A stretch of 17,564 bases of DNA from a virus. Taxonomy: Duplodnaviria; Heunggongvirae; Uroviricota; Caudoviricetes. The DNA lies in IMG/VR virus record IMGVR_UViG_646206259_000006; one strand, 5' to 3'. The position numbers and the translations under genes were made by a program. Under the pieces are notes generated by a model. That model was not told where the DNA came from. It did not search any database and was given only the letters and a program-made list of their open reading frames with translations. Positions 9,086 through 16,553 of this stretch are shown piece after piece. Each line of letters opens with the position of its first letter. Position 1 is the stretch's first letter.

Positions 9086-9119
9086 GATGCCACCAGCTAC
9101 TGAACGGTGGCATTTTTTT
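9086..9119 (+). terminator. Rho-independent terminator (8-bp stem, 11-nt loop, T7 run)
   Basis: ATGCCACC (9087-9094) pairs with GGTGGCAT (9106-9113), followed by TTTTTTT. Separates the replication module from the downstream cargo operon. Confidence 0.6.
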
Positions 9120-9216
9120 GTGCTATTTGTTTCATATTTTGCAATCACAATGATGAATGTTGCGTTTTATGAAACTATAATGACTGTTGTTTTATACAGT
9201 TCTAAGGGGGGCGTTA

Positions 9217-9389
9217 TGGCTATTTCAGTAAAGCCAGTATTGATAAGTGAGAAGCAAATGGAAGCGATAAAGAAAATTCAGGAGGAGCAGCGTAAAAAAT
9301 CAGAGGTAGGAGTTGCGCCAACGATCCACGAAATTGCTCGGGGATTAATGGATAAGGCGCTGGCTTACACTTTAACTGGACGTGGGTAA
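9217..9389 (+). CDS. Small hypothetical protein (57 aa), possibly ribbon-helix-helix-like DNA-binding
   Basis: AAGGGGGG RBS 5 nt upstream. Perfect -10 TATAAT at 9176-9181. The ORF-track call from 9087 is likely an over-extension. The RHH guess is from the beta-strand-then-helix pattern only. Confidence 0.45.
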
Positions 9390-9393
9390 ATTT

Positions 9394-10737
9394 ATGGCTA
9401 CGTGGCAACAGGGTATTAATTCTGGTGGTTTTCTGGCTGGCATCGGTGCGCAAAATGAGAATGCGCCAAAGGCAAGCGACATTAACGCAACGCTTGGTCT
9501 GATCCGCGAAAACAATGAACTGGCTCGCTCAGGTGCAAATAACGTTGCTCTGACAGGTCTTCGTGGTCTGGCTGGAGTTGCTGACATTTATAAGCAGCAG
9601 CAACAGCAGGAACGTAAAGCGGCATTCCAGAAAGGTTATGCAGATGCTTATGCGTCCGGTGACAGGGAGCAGATGCGTAATCTTATTACAGCATTCCCAG
9701 AAGAGTTTGAGGAAGTCCGTAAAGGGATGAGTTATGTCGATGATGCTCAAAGGGATGATTATGGCAATCTGGCGCTCAAAGCACAGGTAGCCTCATCGCT
9801 TGGTCAGGGCGCATTTGGCAGGTTCATGATGGATAATGAGCAGGAGATGCGTCGTTTAGGTATCCCTCCAGAAACTATTGCTGAAATGCAGGTTAATGAC
9901 CCGCAGGGCTTCCAGCATTTCGCAGGTAATCTGGCGCTGTTTTCTCTCGGTCATGAGAAGTATTTCGATATCAAAGATCAAATGGAAGGTCGTCGACTTG
10001 AGCAAGGGCGACTGGATGAAAGTATGCGTCAGGCTGACATGGAGAACGCGAGAGGATGGGCAAATATCCAGAACGCTCAACTAGACAGGGCTCAGCGAGC
10101 ACAAATTCACTCAGATGAGATGGGATTGAAGCTAATGGAGCTGGGGCAAAAAGGTAAGCCGTCAGCAGACTTAATTAAGGGATTAAATTCTGACATTACC
10201 AATTTTGGCAAAAATTATAACTCTGTCAGAGCGGCGGCAAACTCTCTGCAAGCCCTTAGCAAGGTAAATACTGGCGCTGCCCAACTTGGGATTATCTTCA
10301 ACTACATGAAATCTCTTGACCCGCAGTCAGTCGTTCGTGAAGGCGAACAGGTTCAGGTAATGCGGTCTGATGGCATATGGGGACAAATCAAAGGATACAT
10401 AGACCAGCTTAATGCTGGAAACGGCCTGTCGCAGGAGGCAAAGGATAACATTGTTAACGCCGCAAAAATCAACGCCAATGCTATGGGGCAGCAGTTTAAC
10501 CAGCAGGTTGACGAGTATCTCGATACATATGGAGAAACTATTCCTCAGGGGCTAAGAAAAAGCCTTGAAAGAAGGAAAGCGAAGCTATTTGACGATGTTT
10601 CCGGGCAGCCTACATCACAGGCTGGCACTGGACAGGCAAAAGCGGCAACCGGAGGAATATCAGAAGGCGCAACGGCAACCAACCCTAAAACTGGTCAGAA
10701 AATCATTTACAGGAACGGAAAATGGCAGCAAATGTAA
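9394..10737 (+). CDS. Hypothetical large protein (447 aa from ATG 9394; alternative GTG start 9382), Q/N/A-rich and predicted largely helical
   Basis: Long ORF with coding-like composition. No catalytic motif seen (no P-loop, HNH or PD-(D/E)xK). Low-complexity poly-Q stretch (QQQQQ). Flavour of phage internal/ejection or scaffold-type proteins; function unknown. Confidence 0.6.
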   Translation: MATWQQGINSGGFLAGIGAQNENAPKASDINATLGLIRENNELARSGANNVALTGLRGLAGVADIYKQQQQQERKAAFQKGYADAYASGDREQMRNLITAFPEEFEEVRKGMSYVDDAQRDDYGNLALKAQVASSLGQGAFGRFMMDNEQEMRRLGIPPETIAEMQVNDPQGFQHFAGNLALFSLGHEKYFDIKDQMEGRRLEQGRLDESMRQADMENARGWANIQNAQLDRAQRAQIHSDEMGLKLMELGQKGKPSADLIKGLNSDITNFGKNYNSVRAAANSLQALSKVNTGAAQLGIIFNYMKSLDPQSVVREGEQVQVMRSDGIWGQIKGYIDQLNAGNGLSQEAKDNIVNAAKINANAMGQQFNQQVDEYLDTYGETIPQGLRKSLERRKAKLFDDVSGQPTSQAGTGQAKAATGGISEGATATNPKTGQKIIYRNGKWQQM

Positions 10738-12839
10738 TCTTACCGGAAGGTTTTGTGCTCGATGAACAACCTGATAACTCACAGTTTCCTGATAGTTCAC
10801 AGCTTCCTGATGGTTTTGTGCTTGATGCCCAACCAGAACAGCAGCAATCACCTTTGGTTTCACCAGAGGAAAATTCCAGACAGGAAAATGTTGTTAATAA
10901 TGCTAACGGTTTCGACCGTTTTATGTATGGCGTTCTCAGTGGATTGATGGATGTTGGTAAAGGTGTTGGCCTGTTTCAGGATATGACACCAGAAGAGCAA
11001 GCCGCAATTCAGTCTCTACAGCAGAAGTTAGCGGCAAAACCATCAACCGCACAAGATGTTGGTGAGTTCGTTGGACAAGCAGCGCCATTTGTTAGTGGTG
11101 GTGGGATTATTTCTCAGGTTCCCAAAGGGGCGGCAAGACTGGCTGCCGCCGTAGGGCTTGGTGCTGGAGAAGGGGCTATTGTAGCCAATGGAACAAATAG
11201 CGATGTTGCTTCCGGCGCTGCTATTGGCGCTGTGGCTGGCCCTGTAGCCGAACTTGCTGGCCCTGCAATTAATAAAATAGCTGGGAAATTAACCAAGAAG
11301 AATGTTTCTTCGATTCCAGATATTGAGGGGATTACTCCTGCCGAAGAGAAAATTCGTAAGTTATCTGCACAAGGCAACCCAAATCTTGCCTCTTCGCTTG
11401 AAGGGCTAGATCTAAAACCTCAGAAAGAAATTGTTGAGGCTGCAAATAGGCTTCATGTTGATTCAGTTCTTCCTTCTCATTTATCAGGAAATGAGCAATA
11501 CCAAGCTGTAGAGCAAGCCCTAAAGTCACGGACAGGATCAGCGTTAAAAGCTCAAGAAGATAAAGCAATAAGCGAATTAGCCTCTAGTGCTGACAAGATA
11601 ATCGATGATGTTGCTGGTGCGCCAGATGCGTTAGCTATGAGCGAAAAATATATTTATCAGATAAATAGTAGAATGGAAGCACTAAAAAACCGTAGTGATC
11701 AGTTATATAAACGTGTTGATTCCGCTCTATCACCAAGAACAAAAGTCGAAGCAAATAACACAAGCACTATGCTGGAAAAAATCGCTGATGATTTAGGAGG
11801 GTGGGATAATCTTGACCCAATAGAAAAGCGAGTTTTTACAGCAATAAACCCCGGCCCAGATAGCATCCTAACGTATGCAAATTTAAACAGGCAAAGGCGT
11901 TTAGTTGGTGATGCCCTAAATAAAAAGCAGGGGCCATACAAAGATGCTGATAAAGAAGCGCTATCAAGACTATATGGAGCTTTAGCTGAAGACCAAAAAT
12001 CTGTCTTATCCAATACTGGATACTTGCGAGATTTCGAAGTCGCACAACGCCTTGTAGCTATGAGAAAAAACTTAGAAAGGCAAATGGTAAATCTTCGCGG
12101 GAAAACACTTAATGGGGATATAGCGTATAAAGTAACGAATTCTCTTCAATCTATGGCAAAAGGTGATGCGAGAGGGTTTCGTGAGATTATGCAAAATACT
12201 CCATCAAGAACATTGCGAAGGGAGCTAGTAGGAACAGCATTAAGAGATATGCTTTCCTCTGGGAAGCGTGGGGCCGACTTTAATCCATCTGGCTTTGCAG
12301 ATTGGTGGCAAAACTTGCAACACAGTGGACAGCTAAAGACTTTGGCTGAACATTTGCCAAAAGAAACAATGAGCGGACTATATGATGTATACAAAGTTGC
12401 CAGAGCAATAAAAAATGCTAAAGCGCATGAAATATCTACTGGTAAGCTGAATGAGTTTGTAAACAGATTTAATCGGGTAACAGCTCCATACGAACTAGCA
12501 GCAAAACACATTCAAAAAATAGGCACGATGGTAGGCGCTCATTTTGGATCGCTTGGAGCCATTGCTGGGGCTGATATTGGAGCAAGATTGGCGAGTAAAG
12601 CTCGATTAGCTGGTGGAGCAGGGGCGGCTGATGCTGCGGATAAATTAATTGCCTCGCCAGCCTTCCAGAGCGCAGTAAAAAATCTACACGGAAAAGCGCC
12701 TGGGCACATTGTTGATTCACGTATCAGGCGCTCCCCTCAATGGAAGAGTTTTTTTAACTCTCTTCCTGAACAGGAAAAACGGACCATCGCCAGACTGGGC
12801 ATCATTACTTGGCTATCTAATGATCCAGATAATGACTAG
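10722..12839 (+). CDS. Hypothetical large protein (705 aa) with N-terminal tandem peptide repeat, Gly/Ala-rich segments and a long helical middle
   Basis: Overlaps the upstream gene by 16 nt, so co-transcribed. N-terminal repeat PEGFVLDEQP / PDGFVLDAQP. GxxxG-rich segment (GLGAGEGAIVANG…AIGAVAGPVAELAGPA) and C-terminal Gly/Ala hydrophobic stretch (GAHFGSLGAIAGADIGARLA). No enzymatic motif recognised. Confidence 0.6.
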   Translation: MAANVILPEGFVLDEQPDNSQFPDSSQLPDGFVLDAQPEQQQSPLVSPEENSRQENVVNNANGFDRFMYGVLSGLMDVGKGVGLFQDMTPEEQAAIQSLQQKLAAKPSTAQDVGEFVGQAAPFVSGGGIISQVPKGAARLAAAVGLGAGEGAIVANGTNSDVASGAAIGAVAGPVAELAGPAINKIAGKLTKKNVSSIPDIEGITPAEEKIRKLSAQGNPNLASSLEGLDLKPQKEIVEAANRLHVDSVLPSHLSGNEQYQAVEQALKSRTGSALKAQEDKAISELASSADKIIDDVAGAPDALAMSEKYIYQINSRMEALKNRSDQLYKRVDSALSPRTKVEANNTSTMLEKIADDLGGWDNLDPIEKRVFTAINPGPDSILTYANLNRQRRLVGDALNKKQGPYKDADKEALSRLYGALAEDQKSVLSNTGYLRDFEVAQRLVAMRKNLERQMVNLRGKTLNGDIAYKVTNSLQSMAKGDARGFREIMQNTPSRTLRRELVGTALRDMLSSGKRGADFNPSGFADWWQNLQHSGQLKTLAEHLPKETMSGLYDVYKVARAIKNAKAHEISTGKLNEFVNRFNRVTAPYELAAKHIQKIGTMVGAHFGSLGAIAGADIGARLASKARLAGGAGAADAADKLIASPAFQSAVKNLHGKAPGHIVDSRIRRSPQWKSFFNSLPEQEKRTIARLGIITWLSNDPDND

Positions 12840-12858
12840 TGAATGGCCACGGATGGCC

Positions 12859-13284
12859 TCAATCTTTATTCTTTGAAATAGAGTCATTGATCTTTTCGAA
12901 ACACCAATGAAATCCACAAAAGAGAGCTACACCAATATAACAATACAAAACTATCAACCACCTTTCAGTGTCCGAAGGGTAAAAAACATCAATTACATAA
13001 GCAACACCAATTGGTATTAATGCTAGTAATAACATCGACACAGGACGTACAAACTTCTGAACTATATCAATTTTATAGAACCACAAGGCGGTATGTTTAA
13101 TGATATAAGTAAAGATGGCTGCGCCAATAATGGCAAAAAACACCATCGATAAAGTCGGGTATAACTTTGCGACAATTAAACCCAACAAAATAATTATAAC
13201 TGCCTGCCCCCTCACACCAACCCTCCCTTTAGCTTTGTTTAGAATGGCAATCATCATATATCCAAGACATGGCATTTGGTACAT
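12859..13284 (-). CDS. Small integral membrane protein (141 aa, about 4 predicted TM helices); function unknown
   Basis: Four hydrophobic stretches of about 18-20 aa (AVIIILLGLIVAKL, MVFFAIIGAAIFTYII, SMLLLALIPIGVAYVI, LIVLYCYIGVALFCGF). Convergent with the 705-aa gene, separated by 19 bp containing a small GGCCA-cgga-TGGCC hairpin. Confidence 0.5.
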   Translation of the reverse strand: MYQMPCLGYMMIAILNKAKGRVGVRGQAVIIILLGLIVAKLYPTLSMVFFAIIGAAIFTYIIKHTALWFYKIDIVQKFVRPVSMLLLALIPIGVAYVIDVFYPSDTERWLIVLYCYIGVALFCGFHWCFEKINDSISKNKD

Positions 13285-13375
13285 AGCTTGGGTCGGGATT
13301 TCAAATCCGCTCCCCGTTGATGGGGCCGTTACAGTACGCGCATATCCGCTTTATGTGAAACAGGAAGATTTTTCT

Positions 13376-13476
13376 GATATCACTGCCACAGCAAAACACC
13401 AATTTCGTGACCAGTACGCGCGCGAGGGGTATCAGTTGCAAAAATTTTGCAACCACGTCCGACCAGTACGCACACG
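13376..13476. repeat. Non-coding repeat block: two copies of an alternating-CG motif (CCAGTACGCGCGCG / CCAGTACGCACACG) flanking the inverted repeat TTGCAAAA-A-TTTTGCAA (13436-13452)
   Basis: Direct reading. A related roughly 55-bp sequence recurs at 16285-16338 and a shorter copy at 13688-13711. Confidence 0.5.
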
Positions 13477-13687
13477 ATGGCGGGGGATACCATGAAACTG
13501 TTCTCTACACGAGACAGAGTGGTGGTGATGTGTTGATTATCGGCGTATATGCGCACAGGACGCGCTATGACGATGTTTTATGCGGGTACACCAATCACAT
13601 GTATCTGGTGTGATAAATCGCGTTACATGACCTCTCATGTTGTGCTGGTGGTTATCACGACTTTCTGAATCTGGCCTTTGCCTGATA

Positions 13688-13711
13688 TTTTGCGACAAGT
13701 ACGCGCGCGTA
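13688..13711. repeat. Third copy of the CG-alternating motif, containing the perfect palindrome TACGCGCGCGTA
   Basis: Direct reading: TTTGCGACAAGTACGCGCGCGTAGC. Confidence 0.45.
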
Positions 13712-14165
13712 GCATCGAAATTATCGGATGGCGTATGCTGCTGGCAATATGAAGACCGATAGTATTAACCGAAAAGCGAAAGAGCTTCTCGATAACGGCA
13801 AGATCGCGGCAAGGGTTGCTGAATTTGAACAGATGTAAGGAATGGAACCAGAGAGGCGCTGGCGGCGAAAAAACGCCACTACCAGCGGATAAATGTGCCA
13901 ATCTTTTAGTTGGAAAAACAGCATAGAAGGCTACCATGATATGTAAAGATTGCTCAAAAAGTTATTATCAACGTCTAATTTCATTAAAAATGCTCCTTAT
14001 TGCTGTTAAAAATCAAAGAAATCATTTAAAAACCGTTCAACACCCCCCATCTGTCTTCAAAAAGATTTGTGTTGGTTAGTGACTAGTTACCTTTTATATG
14101 TAAATATATCCACAAGGGAAGTGGTGAAAATTTCGACTATTTAACCATAATCAAAGGAGGTGAAC

Positions 14166-14648
14166 ATGTCGAATACATCTGCACATGCCCTCTTGAAAGA
14201 TATCTGGGGCGATAGGAAATTCCCGGTTGATCCAGTATGGATTGCCAATGAGTTAGGGTTGGATGTTGTTGAAACCACGCTTGATGATGATGTTTCAGGC
14301 GCATTGCTGAAAGAGCCAGAACAAGATCCAGTAATCATACTCAATCGTAATGATAGTAACGTGCGCAAACGATTTACGTGTGCGCATGAGTTAGGGCATT
14401 ACGTCAAACGAACTGAGAACGGTCAGCCACTTGAATATGAGTTTGTTGATTACCGCGGAAAACTGGCAAGCCAAGGTGTAGACAGCGAAGAAATATTCGC
14501 CAATAACTTTGCAGCATGTCTTCTCATGCCAGAAAAAGAGGTTCGACGCCTCAACAATGCAGGATATGCACCAGTAATGATGGCTTCCTATTTTGGTGTA
14601 TCCGATGATGCTATACGTTATCGCCTAAAGAATTTAGGGCTTCGATGA
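14166..14648 (+). CDS. ImmA/IrrE-family (DUF955-type) zinc metallopeptidase (160 aa)
   Basis: AGGAGG RBS (14155-14160). HEXXH zinc-binding motif (CAHELGHY) in the context typical of ImmA/IrrE peptidases. No HTH domain detected in the protein itself. Confidence 0.7.
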   Translation: MSNTSAHALLKDIWGDRKFPVDPVWIANELGLDVVETTLDDDVSGALLKEPEQDPVIILNRNDSNVRKRFTCAHELGHYVKRTENGQPLEYEFVDYRGKLASQGVDSEEIFANNFAACLLMPEKEVRRLNNAGYAPVMMASYFGVSDDAIRYRLKNLGLR

Positions 14649-14651
14649 GTA

Positions 14652-15029
14652 ATGACGTCTAGATCTTACGCTATATCTGAAAAACTAAAGCAAGCGGCAA
14701 GACAAGCCAGAGGTGAACCAGCCTCTGGCTCATCTCCATCAGCAAAAACCCTCACACATCTAAATGATAAGGATCCAGCCAAAGCCCATCAGCGTGCAAA
14801 AACAAAAGATTTAAAAACAGACACAAAACTGAAAAAAATGTTTGCTCGGTGGTTTATCGGCATTCTGATAGGCCAGCTATTAGTTATGAATGGGATTTTT
14901 GTCCTTATTGGAGCAAAACTGCTCCATTTTAGTGATTTCGTTATAAACCTATTTATGGGGGGAACCCTCGCTGAAGTCTTTGGCATTGTTTTAGTGATGG
15001 CACGCTACCTGTTCTCCAAGCACGTCTAA
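14652..15029 (+). CDS. Small membrane protein (125 aa): basic hydrophilic N-terminus plus two C-terminal TM helices; coupled to the peptidase gene
   Basis: ATG 3 nt after the peptidase stop. Hydrophobic stretches FIGILIGQLLVMNGIFVLIGAKLL and LFMGGTLAEVFGIVLVMARYLF. Confidence 0.5.
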   Translation: MTSRSYAISEKLKQAARQARGEPASGSSPSAKTLTHLNDKDPAKAHQRAKTKDLKTDTKLKKMFARWFIGILIGQLLVMNGIFVLIGAKLLHFSDFVINLFMGGTLAEVFGIVLVMARYLFSKHV

Positions 15030-15045
15030 AAATCAAAATATAGGG

Positions 15046-15489
15046 CTACATTCTTAGAGCCACTGATAACTTTTCAGCATTGCTTCCCTGACGCTTCCAC
15101 GCGCTGTAAATGTCTTTATCCCATGCTTTACCAGCTTTTGTTTGATAGCCTGCTTCATTGAGCCGTTCCGCTATCACACGCCCATTATCAAATCCCTGTT
15201 GGATGGTATCGGCAATGATCTTTATAACTGCCGTTTCGTTATATGGCTTTGGTGGGATGTTCGGCTTTCCGGCAATAAGCGACGCAGCGGCTTTTTCCAT
15301 GCGCTCCACCAGCCCAAGCATTCGTGAATCAATAGACTTTTCCGGCTGTCCCAGCTTCATGCGAATCGCATCAACAAGCCAGGAGGTTTTATCCCCTCCA
15401 GAAGCGAGAACAGACCGATTAAACTCATCCTGCAATTCAGATGGGATGCGGAACGCGATCAGATTAGATTTGCTCATTGCAAAGACCAT
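15046..15489 (-). CDS. Putative DNA-binding regulator (147 aa): ribbon-helix-helix-like N-terminus with a serine-recombinase 'Recombinase'-domain-like C-terminal segment
   Basis: N-terminus NLIAFRIPSELQDEF…SWLVDAIRMKL resembles the RHH fold (Arc/MetJ/CopG). C-terminus IAERLNEAGYQTKAGKAWDKDIYSAWKRQ resembles the LNxxGxxTxxGxxW motif of the recombinase DNA-binding domain. Start could be ATG 15489 or 15477; neither has a clear SD. Confidence 0.5.
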   Translation of the reverse strand: MVFAMSKSNLIAFRIPSELQDEFNRSVLASGGDKTSWLVDAIRMKLGQPEKSIDSRMLGLVERMEKAAASLIAGKPNIPPKPYNETAVIKIIADTIQQGFDNGRVIAERLNEAGYQTKAGKAWDKDIYSAWKRQGSNAEKLSVALRM

Positions 15490-15590
15490 ATCAGTGAGTA
15501 ATATCCATACAGTATACCACTGTATAACACTGTTATACGCTCAAATATCAGCCAGAAAATAACGGACCAATCACAAAGCTATCGCTGTGT

Positions 15591-15735
15591 TGTTGGTTCA
15601 GAGCTGGGCTGTGTTGGTTCAAAATGAGTTGATGTTGGTTCAACATTTCAGAAAAAACACAATAAAAACAACGATCTTTACAAATTAAACCAACTGAACC
15701 AACTGAACCAACACCTTTTTGCTTATCTATATAAT
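15591..15735. promoter_or_regulatory. Divergent promoter/operator region: three direct TGTTGGTTCA repeats at 21-bp phasing (15591, 15612, 15633), two tandem inverted copies TGAACCAAC (15695-15712), and a perfect -10 TATAAT (15730-15735) for the plus-strand gene
   Basis: Direct reading. The inverted copies sit where the -35 of the PerC-like gene promoter would be. A related half-site TGTTGGTTAG occurs near 14071-14080 upstream of the peptidase gene. Confidence 0.55.
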
Positions 15736-15748
15736 CTGAGAGGCAGAA

Positions 15749-16036
15749 ATGATAAGGGACAGGAAAGCTGAAGAGCTGGAGTCAAAAGGGCTATACCGGA
15801 GAGCTGCCGCACGATGGGCAGAAGTCATGATGCTGGCAGATGGCGATAAAGAACGTGAACATGCAGCAAACAGACGCTCTGAATGTATCCGTAAGGCGGC
15901 ACGCCCACCAGCAACTACAGACAGATTCGGAGATTTAAGACAGGCAGTTAAGCGGACTCATTCGGCTCTTGGTATGGATGAGGAAGCGAGAGGGTACTTC
16001 AGGCGTTATCGCGATAAAGATTGCCAGAGACAGTAA
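15749..16036 (+). CDS. PerC-family transcriptional regulator-like protein (95 aa)
   Basis: N-terminal AEELESKGLYRRAAARWAEVM matches the conserved PerC/Pch N-terminus as remembered. GAGAGG RBS. Confidence 0.55.
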   Translation: MIRDRKAEELESKGLYRRAAARWAEVMMLADGDKEREHAANRRSECIRKAARPPATTDRFGDLRQAVKRTHSALGMDEEARGYFRRYRDKDCQRQ

Positions 16037-16284
16037 TGCTCTCTCTCTGTTTTGGCAAATTCCCCCTCACTTTGAAGGGATCGGAGCTATAAAAATGGTG
16101 TTATCCGGCTTCCTGCATTGTAGGTTTTCGAAAAAATCAATGGGTTAGGTCATCGTGCAAATTTGCACTCTGCCAGCCAACGCAATTTCTCGTTGGCGAA
16201 AATATCAGGTATTTACTGAACGAACGGTCTACCAGTCTATTCAGTTACCAGTTGCACATGGCTGTTTCATGTGAGAACGGAGGT

Positions 16285-16338
16285 TTTTTCGGACATCACT
16301 ATTGGTTACAGCAATTTCACGAGCAATACGCGCGCGCA
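16285..16338. repeat. Fourth copy of the CG-alternating motif family (ATCACT…CAATTTCACGAGCAATACGCGCGCGCAGG), related to 13376-13428
   Basis: Alignment by eye: shared blocks ATCACT, ACAGCAA, CAATTTC and TACGCGCGCG in the same order. Confidence 0.45.
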
Positions 16339-16553
16339 GGACAACAAGCCTGAACATAGTTACACACCTCGATCGTGAGGGATGTAGACAATGGCTTCTG
16401 GCCAAAGCACCCGAAAAAAACCGTGTACATAAGGGTGTACATAATCAAAAACCGCATTAGAAATAAACCAGCTTCAATGCGGCATTGAAGCCAATACTCT
16501 ACAAACAGATCCAAATAACTCGTAACGCCAATTCTTCCTTTTCAGCCTTCACA

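Noticed and set aside
8586-9113. Five overlapping short ORFs on both strands across iteron cluster 2 and the following spacer
   Set aside because: They overlap each other and the iterons, lack ribosome-binding sites (one uses a TTG start), and have repeat-driven translations such as GRGHFYPPVPPAG. They are more likely non-coding.
13290-13345. Possible tRNA or tRNA fragment marking an att site (GGGATTTCAAATCC-like hairpin)
   Set aside because: No acceptor stem, anticodon arm or canonical T-loop (GTTCGAATC-type) could be assembled. It is only a short palindrome.
13115-13937. ORFs 13115-13495, 13407-13613, 13635-13937 and 13721-13924 in the repeat-rich spacer
   Set aside because: No RBS, mutually overlapping, and translations dominated by the repeat motifs. 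A 29-codon ORF at 13750-13839 looks more protein-like but is too short to call.
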